Positions 29,963 to 38,159 of a DNA stretch of 64,000 nucleotides are shown here, in pieces. Both the position numbers and the translations under genes were made by a program. Below the pieces are notes generated by a model. The model ran no database searches, was not told where the DNA came from, and worked only from the letters and a program-made list of their open reading frames with translations. Source of the DNA: a virus (Duplodnaviria > Caudoviricetes). Position 1 is the first letter of the stretch; each line of letters starts with the position of its first letter. Location of the stretch: the IMG/VR virus record IMGVR_UViG_2896262711_000007, positions 15,784-79,783 of that record. One strand, written 5' to 3'.

Positions 29963-30792
29963 TGTTTCCCGGTGGCATGCTGGGCGCAGCCCGCAAGCTC
30001 AAGCGCTATGGCTTCGAGCTGCGCGGCGGCGCCGGTGGCGGCGGTGGGGCTGATGGGGGCAACAGCGGCGGATCCGGTGGCGACGGCAACGTTGTCCGCT
30101 TCGACCTGATCGCCTACCAGTCCGATGCGGTCGGCATCTCGGTTGGTGGCGGCGGCCTCGCTGGGTATCAACAGCCGTTCAGCATCTTGTCCTCTCCAAT
30201 CGGCGGCCAAGCTGGTGGCTACCGCGGCGGCGGTGCCGGCGGCAACGCCGGCCCGGCCGGAGCCAGCGGCACCGGCGGCTATGGCGGCGGCTCCACTGGC
30301 GTGTCCTGGTGGGGGCAGACCATCGGTGTCGCCGGTGGTGGCGGCGGCGGCGGTGGCGGGTCCAGCGGTGCTGGTGGCAACGCTGCCTTTGGCGGCGGCA
30401 CCAACCCTGCCGCCCGGCCAACCGACGGCACTGGCCAGGACGGCGAGTCCCAGGCAACCGGCGACGGAGGTGGTGGTGGCGGCGGTGGTGGTGGTGCGGA
30501 CAGCACCTACCTGGGCGGCCAAGGTGGCAGCAGGGGCATCGACGGGCAGGCCAGTGCCGGCGGCGGCAGAAACGGCAGCAACTACACCCATGCGACTCTG
30601 GCCCTGCCCTTCACCGGCAGCGCCGACAACCTGAGTTCCTATGGACGCGGCGGCAACGGCGGCAACAGCAGCGCCAGCTACGGCTTCCGCGTTGGTGACG
30701 GTGGTAACGGCACCGCCGGCGTCGTCAAGATCACCGACTATGAGACGGGGCAAACCTACTACTCGACAGGTGGCAATTTCACCCTGCCCTGA
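29962..30792 (+). CDS. Glycine-rich tail fibre-domain protein
   Basis: GGGGG-rich repeats, C-terminal GG.G.AGVV.I; TGATG coupling. Confidence 0.65.
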   Translation: MFPGGMLGAARKLKRYGFELRGGAGGGGGADGGNSGGSGGDGNVVRFDLIAYQSDAVGISVGGGGLAGYQQPFSILSSPIGGQAGGYRGGGAGGNAGPAGASGTGGYGGGSTGVSWWGQTIGVAGGGGGGGGGSSGAGGNAAFGGGTNPAARPTDGTGQDGESQATGDGGGGGGGGGGADSTYLGGQGGSRGIDGQASAGGGRNGSNYTHATLALPFTGSADNLSSYGRGGNGGNSSASYGFRVGDGGNGTAGVVKITDYETGQTYYSTGGNFTLP

Positions 30793-30836
30793 CCGACCGC
30801 GACAATACTCCAACGCCCGACCGCCTCGGCCGCCTC

Positions 30837-30859
30837 GGCCGCCTGTGAGCGGCCTTTTT
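30837..30859 (+). terminator. Rho-independent terminator-like hairpin
   Basis: ggccgc-ctgtga-gcggcc-ttttt. Confidence 0.55.
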
Positions 30860-30877
30860 CATGTCTGGAGCACCATC

Positions 30878-31486
30878 ATGATCCTGATGATCGACCAGCA
30901 GTTCGCGCTGCTGGAACGGGCGGCGCTTGCCACTGCGCAGCGCTGGCCCGAACTGCTGGCCCTGTGCCTGCTGACCGCCTGCGCTCACCGGGAGCGGGGC
31001 AGCGAACACGACTGGCTCGGGACGCAGGGCGCCCGCGCGCTGTTCTGGGCCTGTCCGCTGACCGCCGCCGTCTGGTGGCTTGTGCCGGGCCTGCCGTGGG
31101 ATGCCCTGGTTCGCGTGTGGCTCGCGTGGTTCCTCGGCATGGTCCTCCTGCCGCACGCCGCCGGCCAGAACCTGCCGGAGACCCCCGCGGCCTATCCGGC
31201 AAGCTGGACCGCCAAGATCCCGCGCCCGCAGAAGCTGGGATACCTCTGGCTTGCCGGCATGGGGCGCCTAGTGCTTTTCGCTTGGGCCATCGAGCCGTGG
31301 CTGCCCCTGTCCGCCGGCTGGTCGGCGCTGGGCGGCCTCTACATGCCGGCCGGCTACCTGCTCGGGCTTCTGCCTCCCGCCTTGCCCTGGCGTCTGCGGA
31401 GCGAGGGGGAGTGGGGCGAGTTCCTGGCCGGGCTGCTGGTCGGTCCGGTGCTGTTCGCCGCCCTCGTCGTCACGTCGGCGGGCTGA
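30878..31486 (+). CDS. Multi-pass membrane protein
   Basis: Several hydrophobic segments; GGAG RBS. Confidence 0.6.
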   Translation: MILMIDQQFALLERAALATAQRWPELLALCLLTACAHRERGSEHDWLGTQGARALFWACPLTAAVWWLVPGLPWDALVRVWLAWFLGMVLLPHAAGQNLPETPAAYPASWTAKIPRPQKLGYLWLAGMGRLVLFAWAIEPWLPLSAGWSALGGLYMPAGYLLGLLPPALPWRLRSEGEWGEFLAGLLVGPVLFAALVVTSAG

Positions 31487-31491
31487 CCGCT

Positions 31492-31662
31492 ATGGCCGAC
31501 ACTCCATCACCGGCCGAGCAGGAGGTGCAGCGGGCGCTGGCGGAATGCGGTGGCAATAAGGACGCCGCCCTTCTGCTGCTCGCCCTTCTGCTGACCAATG
31601 CCCGCCGCGCCGTCTGCGGCGGGTTTCTCCGGCTCGGTCAGCCGGCCGAACCCAAGATCTGA
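31492..31662 (+). CDS. Small hypothetical protein
   Basis: 56 aa; ALAECGG..AAL..L...GFLR pattern. Confidence 0.45.
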   Translation: MADTPSPAEQEVQRALAECGGNKDAALLLLALLLTNARRAVCGGFLRLGQPAEPKI

Positions 31663-31783
31663 AAAGGAAAAGGGCGCCAGCAGGCGCCCCGAGTAGAGGG
31701 AGGATTCCGAGACAACGTCGGACGCCCTCAGCATCCCGCAATCGCCTTTCCCATTCATCACCCGCCCAATGAGGAGAAACCCC

Positions 31784-32452
31784 ATGCCCAACACGCCCAC
31801 CGGCGCGGCGATCCCGCGCGCCATCACCGTAACGCCGCTGACCCATCCCGAGGCGGTCGACCTGATCGTCTTCGCGGAGGTGACCAGCCGCCGTACCTAT
31901 GAGGCCCGTTACGTCCACCCTACATGGCCGGGCGGAGAGAGCGGCGTGACCATCGGCATCGGCTACGACCTTGCCCACCACGACGCTGACGACCTGGCGC
32001 TGGACTGGCCCACTATGCCGCCTGCCTCGCGTGCCCTGCTGGAGCAGGCATGCGGCGTCTCCGGCATGCCGGCCAAGGACGTGGCCGCGAAGCTGTCCAC
32101 CATCATTGTGCCCTGGGACTCGGCCTACGACTGCTTCCGAGACCGGACCCTGCCGAAGTACGAGCGGATGACCGTCGAGGTCTTCCCCGGTTCGGTCGAC
32201 CTGCCGCCCCTGTGCTTCGGCCCGCTGGTCAGCCTCGTCTACAACCGCGGCTCCAGCATGGGCGAGCAGGGGAAGCCGTCCTGGGAGAGCCGCCGGGAGA
32301 TGCGGGCTATTCGGGATCTGATCGCCGCCGGGCGGCTGACCGAGGTGCCCGTGCAGCTCAGGTCGATGAAGCGCTTGTGGCCGGGCGTGGGCGGACTGCG
32401 GACCCGTCGCGATGCCGAGGCCGCCATGTGGGAGCGAGGCCTGTCTGCCTGA
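31784..32452 (+). CDS. Endolysin (pesticin-like/GH24-type muramidase)
   Basis: FAE, WPGGESGVTIGIGYDL, LVSLVYNRG, GL..RR..EA; GAGGAG RBS. Confidence 0.85.
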   Translation: MPNTPTGAAIPRAITVTPLTHPEAVDLIVFAEVTSRRTYEARYVHPTWPGGESGVTIGIGYDLAHHDADDLALDWPTMPPASRALLEQACGVSGMPAKDVAAKLSTIIVPWDSAYDCFRDRTLPKYERMTVEVFPGSVDLPPLCFGPLVSLVYNRGSSMGEQGKPSWESRREMRAIRDLIAAGRLTEVPVQLRSMKRLWPGVGGLRTRRDAEAAMWERGLSA

Positions 32453-32457
32453 CGACC

Positions 32458-32697
32458 TCAGTCGGACAGCAGCGCCGCTCGTGCGTCCCGTCCATCGGCG
32501 GTGAGCCGGCACACACCTGGGAAATGCCCTGGCGTCATAAGCCCCAGGTCTTCGCATTCACCGACGAGCCAGACCGGTATTTCGGCGCTCTCGGGATAGA
32601 CATCACCGTCAGCATCCGCCGTCAGTAGACAGAGGATCTGATCCTGCGACAGCGTCGCTTGGACATGGATGCGGGCGCAGTACTGCGGTTTGGGCAT
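32458..32697 (-). CDS. Small hypothetical protein, copy A1 (winged-helix-like)
   Basis: GGGAGG RBS; paralog of 35915-36160 (LSQDQILCLLTAD..EC.DLGL.TPG..PGV..L..DG). Confidence 0.65.
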   Translation of the reverse strand: MPKPQYCARIHVQATLSQDQILCLLTADADGDVYPESAEIPVWLVGECEDLGLMTPGHFPGVCRLTADGRDARAALLSD

Positions 32698-32831
32698 GCT
32701 CGCCCCTCCCAAGCGGGGACCGTCGAGCATGCGCCCCTTTCCTCGCCACAGCAACCCCTCGCCCGCCTTTCACGCAGCAGCTTTTTACGTCCGCGAGAGA
32801 GGCCTCGCCGCCGGATGGCTGAACCGGCGAC

Positions 32832-32938
32832 TGGTCGGCACCAGACAGACAGCTACGTATGTAGTTCTTTACCAGCTGCAGAATGCCTTGGTTCTGGGAT
32901 GTACAAACGAGGCGCTCCGTCTGGCTTGGCCCGCTAGC
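32832..32938 (+). repeat. ~107 bp repeat, copy 1 (inverted relative to copy 2)
   Basis: About 80% identical by manual alignment to the reverse complement of 33506-33613. Confidence 0.85.
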
Positions 32939-33115
32939 ATCAGAGTCGCGGCACTGATCGTCACGGAGTTGCTAGACATATCCACCCATGCGCGTATCGT
33001 GTTTGGAAGCGAAAGAGGATCAGAACCAAAAAAGCAGGACGTATCATTGCCCTCGACCATTGGTCCTTGCCTGTAACTGCGCCCTATTCTAGCGAGACCT
33101 TAGAAAGGGTAAATC

Positions 33116-33502
33116 ATGCCAAATCTGAAGGGAAAGGCAATAATTGTACTCGAACAGGACTTTCTTCTAAGACTCGGCATCACTGTTACGCTTGAGGCCT
33201 GGGGATGCCGCATTGTCTCCGGAACGTCGTTTGACGAGATTGTCAAAGACATCAAGGCAAGAGACCTGCGCCCTTCAGCGATGTTTATTCCCCCGTTAGA
33301 TAAGCAGCAGACAGGTATTGAACTGGCGAGCCGCTTTGAAGCCGAACTCGGCTATCCACTCCCATGGATCGGCATGACCGCGGATTCCGACCTGATCCAG
33401 CGCTGGAGAAAGGAAAAACTCGACGGCGTACTCTTGGAAATGCCCTCCACACCCACCACAATCCGGGCCGCCCTAAGCAAAGCCTTGCGACAGCAGCAGT
33501 GA
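33116..33502 (+). CDS. Atypical (pseudo-)receiver domain protein
   Basis: IIVLEQD, L..WGC.I, G.EL...F, P.I.MTAD, LL.P receiver fold; the phosphoacceptor Asp position reads PSAMFIP. Confidence 0.7.
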   Translation: MPNLKGKAIIVLEQDFLLRLGITVTLEAWGCRIVSGTSFDEIVKDIKARDLRPSAMFIPPLDKQQTGIELASRFEAELGYPLPWIGMTADSDLIQRWRKEKLDGVLLEMPSTPTTIRAALSKALRQQQ

Positions 33503-33505
33503 AAC

Positions 33506-33613
33506 GCTAGTAGTCCAAGCCGGACAGATCGCCTCGTTTGAACATCCCTAGAACCAAGGCATTCAGCGACTGGTAAGAAACGGTATACGTGACGGTCCGT
33601 CTGTTGCAGACCA
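33506..33613 (-). repeat. ~108 bp repeat, copy 2
   Basis: Fills the gap between two convergent stop codons; shares the core gaatgccttggttct(a)gggatgt with copy 1. Confidence 0.85.
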
Positions 33614-34108
33614 CTAAGCCCCAAGTACTTGGTCAGGATGCGGAAGTTGTCCACATCGATCTTCAGAAGGGGTCGAACTAAGTTGCGCCTTCTCGCATGC
33701 ATGCCTGTATGAGAGCATTAAAACTCCAATAGCGAATGCGGCATCATGTGATCTTTCATGGAAGCCATCATAAGCATCTAAAGAACCAATCGCCTGTTGC
33801 CAAAGAGATTGATCATCAAGAAACATCATATTCATAGACCACGCCCCAAAAATTCTACTATCTGCATTTTTATTCAAAAAAATCCTTTTTATTCTGTGAT
33901 GCCTCTTGTCTTTAACGATCCTTCTAAATGTCTTACTCAAGCTATTAGGGGTGCCTTCCAGAGACTGGATGAAAACGCCCCCGCATTCGACCATAAACCC
34001 TGTTATATTGCTGCGCATATTCAACCTTGCAGATGAGAAGCAAATCTGCATAATTTGATCGTACGGCAAGATGGAAATTAATTCACTACGTATGATGAGT
34101 CTTTCCAT
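33614..34108 (-). CDS. BLUF-domain protein (Tyr-less variant)
   Basis: RLI(I)RS, N...NITG, GG.F.QSLEG, F.RI..D.RH, R.F..WSM. Confidence 0.85.
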   Translation of the reverse strand: MERLIIRSELISILPYDQIMQICFSSARLNMRSNITGFMVECGGVFIQSLEGTPNSLSKTFRRIVKDKRHHRIKRIFLNKNADSRIFGAWSMNMMFLDDQSLWQQAIGSLDAYDGFHERSHDAAFAIGVLMLSYRHACEKAQLSSTPSEDRCGQLPHPDQVLGA

Positions 34109-34619
34109 AGGAACACCTCTAGGTTTTCTTGAAATCTACCGCAAAATTCTAGTCAACGTATCATATTGAATTATGGATTTACTTTTTATTTCGCTATTGA
34201 CAATAATCGCCCCTTGTTCTTCATTACTCAATTCGGTTCTGACCAGTACACAATTTCTCCTGATTTCAGGGGATGTAACTCATGTCGCCCCCATACAAGC
34301 ATCATGCGTGTTCCCCCAGCGAAGTAACGTTGCTCAAGTAAAATCATATTTGGGGCAGGTGGGATATGACGGTCAATCCAATCGACTTCCAAGTGCTGAC
34401 TTTCATAAGGAAAAATAGCTCGCGCCATAACAATCCTCCACATTGCCAAGATATAAATATTGATTTGCAGTGCATTATATAAAACCGAAATATATTTTCA
34501 ACAACCTACAAGTCGTAACCTAAAGTCTTACGTTATGCTAAATTTAACATAGAGCCCCTTTGCTGTTCAGGCAGATTCCTCACCACATCGCCGCTTGCCG
34601 TCAAAATCAGTCAACCGAA

Positions 34620-34885
34620 GTCGCCTCGGCGGTATGGTTCCAAGGGGGCCGGCAATGATCACACGGCTCGCGCGGCACTGAAGTCAACGGCGCCGTCGGC
34701 CGAAGACGCTGGCCTCGGTTAACAGCGCCGACGCGGCCAGCCTGTGGCGCTCGGTCTTCGTGGCCCGGATCTGCTTCTACGGCAACCTGATCTCAGGCGA
34801 CACCCGGAAGCGTGGCCGCACTGATGATCAAGCGCTCGACGCCGCCGGCTGGCTCAACCGGCTGGCCGAGTTTCTGGAAGCGTGA
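34620..34885 (+). pseudogene. Relic of a GH108-type endolysin C-terminus (peptidoglycan-binding domain)
   Basis: EVNGAVG/[frameshift]PKTLASVN...ARICFYGNLI...AAGWLNRLAEFLEA*; no intact start or catalytic domain. Confidence 0.65.
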
Positions 34886-35088
34886 TCGTGTCGATCAATC
34901 CCCAAAACCTGCTTGCCCAGGTGCAGTCCAACCTGCGAGTGCTTGAGTCCTGTCCAGATCACGACTTCCACCGTGAGGACCGATACCCGATGCCTGGCTA
35001 CCGCTGCCCCCGCTGCGGTGCCCAGGCAAGCCTCCAGTCCGTCAGCGGCTATGTGCAAGGCAGGGGGCACGCTGGCGCGACCAAGTGA
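34882..35088 (+). CDS. Small Cys/His (zinc-ribbon-like) protein
   Basis: SCPDHDF...YRCPRCG; GTGA overlap with the relic's stop. Confidence 0.5.
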   Translation: MIVSINPQNLLAQVQSNLRVLESCPDHDFHREDRYPMPGYRCPRCGAQASLQSVSGYVQGRGHAGATK

Positions 35089-35494
35089 TCACGCGTCCAT
35101 ACTTTTTAGATGCTGAAATGATCAGGGAATAATCTTCTTTGAGAACGCCTCACGAATATTAAGGTTCCATTTGCGGAACCGCTCTGTTTATGGAAGAAAA
35201 CCGCAGCAGGAAAGCGAACGTTCTGAGAACTCCAACCCAACACGTTCCTCTGCGACTATCCTAGCGCGGGCCTTTCCTTCCAAAGAAGGCAACCCATTGC
35301 CGTAGCCATTCCCCTTGATCACCGCGCCCCGAAGCCGCTGGCGGCAACCACAAGAGAAACTGTGAGTGGTCATGATGTTTCTAGATAAGGAACCGAATGC
35401 GGGTTTACCGCAAGTTGATTTCAAGCGGAAAATATGCAATTTATTTCCATGCCGATGCACTCGCACTCGTTCTTATCCACGGATCACGGATGCT

Positions 35495-35887
35495 ATGATC
35501 AATTCCCAACATTTTCGGATCTTGATTGTGGAGGACGATGCTCTTGTCCAGTTGGCACTTGCCGAAACGTGTGAAGCCGTCGGTTACTCCGTTACCTGCA
35601 CCCATAATGGACACGACGGGCTAAGGGCGTTCGCCGCAGCGCCGTTCGATGTGGTGGTAACCGACCTCAACATGCCTGAATGCGATGGCCGACGCATGAT
35701 CCGGGAACTGCGCGACAAATGGCCGCGCCTGCCCATCGTCGTGGTGACGGCCGACCCTCCGGTCGGCGGCGTGCGGGACCTGAAAGGCGATGCGCCCGGT
35801 GTGACCGTCCTATTGCACAAACCCATGCACGCTAATGCCTTGCTTATGGCATTGCGGGCGATCTTTGAAACGAAGGACATTCCTTAA
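35495..35887 (+). CDS. Single-domain response regulator (CheY-like)
   Basis: RILIVEDD, DVVVTDLNMP..DG, PIVVVTA, LHKP: all catalytic residues present. Confidence 0.9.
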   Translation: MINSQHFRILIVEDDALVQLALAETCEAVGYSVTCTHNGHDGLRAFAAAPFDVVVTDLNMPECDGRRMIRELRDKWPRLPIVVVTADPPVGGVRDLKGDAPGVTVLLHKPMHANALLMALRAIFETKDIP

Positions 35888-35914
35888 CCGGCTTCGACGC
35901 GAGCTGTTCGTTTC

Positions 35915-36160
35915 TCAGTCAGCGAGCAGTGCCACCCGCGCGTCTCAACCGTCCGGACTGAGCTTCCAGACACCGGGACTCTCACCCGGCGTCACCAGCC
36001 CCAGGTCGTAACACTCAACCAGAAGCCAGCCGGGTGGGATTGTGTCTCTCTGCGCACAGATTTCTCCCGTGTCCAGATCGGCCGTCAACAAACATAGGAT
36101 CTGATCCTGCGTCAGGTAGCCCAAGGTGGCGGTTCGGCTGCTGCACTGGGGCTTGGACAT
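35915..36160 (-). pseudogene. Copy A2 of the small protein, with an in-frame TGA 10 codons before the ancestral stop
   Basis: DG*DARVALLAD* aligns to A1 DGRDARAALLSD*; GAGGAGG RBS. Confidence 0.6.
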
Positions 36161-36239
36161 GGCGGCCTCCTCGGTTGATCCACCTCCGTCAGCATGACGC
36201 CAAACTGTATGTCGCGACAATTCACCCTTTGACAAGATC

Positions 36240-36267
36240 GCCCGCACCATTCGGTAGCGGGCTTTTT
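36240..36267 (+). terminator. Terminator-like hairpin upstream of the holin
   Basis: gcccgc-N11-gcgggc-ttttt. Confidence 0.45.
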
Positions 36268-36289
36268 GCTGCCCGAAAGGAGGCATCTC

Positions 36290-36697
36290 ATGGCCATTGC
36301 AATCCCGCTCATCACCGCCCTGACGCCGCTGCTGGCCGACCTGCTGGACAGGATCCCGGACCCCGACGCCAAGGCGAAGGCCGCCGCGTCGGCAAATGCA
36401 CAGCTGATCGCCATGCTCCAGGCGGGCGACACGGCGCAGCTCGGCGTCAACACCGCCGAGGCCGCCAACCCCTCACTGTTCGTCTCCGGCTGGCGCCCGG
36501 CCGTCGGCTGGGTCTGCGTTCTCGGTCTGCTGGTCCAGACCGTCGGCTATCCGCTGATGGGCTGGGGCTTGTCGATCTGGTCGCCCGGCACGCCCATGCC
36601 GCAGATCGACACGGACACGCTGATGGGGCTGCTGGTGCCGATGCTTGGCCTTGGGGCGTACCGGACCTTCGAAAAGGTCAAGGGCGTGGCGCGCTGA
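36290..36697 (+). CDS. Holin (3TM GTA-hol-like family)
   Basis: LLDRIPDP, N..EA...S.FVSGWRP.VGWVC, LL..MLGLGAYRTFEK.KG. Confidence 0.85.
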   Translation: MAIAIPLITALTPLLADLLDRIPDPDAKAKAAASANAQLIAMLQAGDTAQLGVNTAEAANPSLFVSGWRPAVGWVCVLGLLVQTVGYPLMGWGLSIWSPGTPMPQIDTDTLMGLLVPMLGLGAYRTFEKVKGVAR

Positions 36698-37192
36698 CCA
36701 CCCTGGCCGTGGCGGTGGTCAGCTACCGGGTGGGCCGTTCGGCCAGCTCCGCGGAAATGCAAGCTGCCGACGAGCAAGGTGCCGAGGAAGTTACACCGCC
36801 AACCGGCACGGGGTAGCGGTACTGAATTGTGCCGGTTTGGACGCCCTGCGACAGGATCCCTAGCTTATTAGGGATCATCATTGAAAAATATTTCGATAAA
36901 TGGGTTCGGTATATCAAAAAGAAAAGAAAGTATACTTGTGATCAGGAACATTATTACAAGGTATACTGCGACGATTGCGGCAACGTCGTTAGCATGCATC
37001 TCTTCCTCCTGAGCCTGAACTCGCAGGTCAAGGCGTTAAACCTCCCTTCCATTTTTCTTGCCGTTGATATTGGCTAACCAGCTTATCTGCCTTCGGTTCC
37101 ACGTGGATCGAACAACCCGTAGACCCGGCAGAGGTGGTGCGTCAAGACGATCAATTCGGGACTAGCGGTACGGTGGTGGCGACATTGGGCTC

Positions 37193-37882
37193 TCAGGCTG
37201 GGTTGATGGGCTCGACCAAATCGGCCCGGTCATTTCGCACATTGCCCACATCCCGGTGGACCGGCCAAAGCCGCGTCTGGTCCGCCGGGTAGGGGCGCAT
37301 CAGGGCGACCAACTCGTCGGCGCCCACCTCGTCCTCGCCCAGCCATGCGGCCCAGGCGGTGGGAGGCAGGATCACCGGCATACGGTCATGCACCTCGTTG
37401 GTGATCTCGTTCGCCTCTGTGGTCACGATGGTGAAGGTGTGCAGCCACTCGTCGCTCGACGGGTCCTTCCAGCCCTCCCATAGCCCCGCGAAAGCATCCG
37501 GCTTCTCGTTGCTGGTGGTGCCGATGGCGTAGGGCTGCTTGGTCTTGGCGTCGAGCTTCTTCCATTCGTAGAAGTTGTCGAATGGGACGAGGCACCGGCG
37601 CTTCTTGAAGGCGCTCCGAAATGCCGGCTTGTCCGGCACCGACTCGGCGCGGGCATTGATCATCCGTGCCGCACCGGTGGAGTCCTTGGACCAGACCGGC
37701 ACCAGCCCCCAGCGGAGCAGCGCGAGCGTGCGCTCCTTCGTCTCCGGATGGGTTCGGATCACCGGCAGCATCTGCAACGGCGCCGCGTTGTAGCGCGGGC
37801 TGAACTCGGGTAGCTGGCCGACCACACCGAACCGGGTGGCGATCTGATCGGTCGGGCTGTGGATGGCAAATCGTCCGCACAT
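37193..37882 (-). CDS. yedK: SOS response-associated peptidase (SRAP, YedK/HMCES family)
   Basis: MCGRF N-terminus, RWGLVP.W, INARAE, RCL.P...FYEW, HDRMPVIL. Confidence 0.95.
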   Translation of the reverse strand: MCGRFAIHSPTDQIATRFGVVGQLPEFSPRYNAAPLQMLPVIRTHPETKERTLALLRWGLVPVWSKDSTGAARMINARAESVPDKPAFRSAFKKRRCLVPFDNFYEWKKLDAKTKQPYAIGTTSNEKPDAFAGLWEGWKDPSSDEWLHTFTIVTTEANEITNEVHDRMPVILPPTAWAAWLGEDEVGADELVALMRPYPADQTRLWPVHRDVGNVRNDRADLVEPINPA

Positions 37883-38159
37883 GCCGTCAGGATGATCATC
37901 CGAGTATGCAACGTCAACCCGGCCACCCGGCTTAACGACAGCCCAGCCTCGCCGTCGGCAGAAAGCGGCCTACGGCATTGCTGTTCTTGCTCCACCAGCA
38001 GTTCCGCCAAATATTGCGATAAAGATAATTAGTCTCAACATAGTGACTCTGCCAAACATTACGCCATGCGCACCAGCTGCCAATAACGTCGTCCTACACC
38101 TTGGAAAGTCCGGATAGCATGTCGCTCGCACTTGAGATAAATCTGAGGAACCAATTCTA

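Noticed and set aside
32832-33613. Integron attC sites or 6S RNA for the 108 bp repeats
   Set aside because: No RYYYAAC/GTTRRRY ends and no integrase; the resemblance to 6S is limited to a short GAACCAAGG string and the length is too small.
34514-34551. dif/cer-like Xer site (TTATGCTAAAT resembles a XerD arm)
   Set aside because: No convincing XerC arm at 6-8 bp spacing; lies in an AT-rich promoter tract where such matches arise by chance.
36698-36816. Possible spanin (Rz) remnant after the holin (LAVAVVSYRVGRS...)
   Set aside because: No start codon and too short to support a call.
36855-36876. GATCCCTA-N6-TAGGGATC inverted repeat and ORF 36829-37077
   Set aside because: The inverted repeat is real but has no assignable function; the ORF lacks a clear RBS or family signal.
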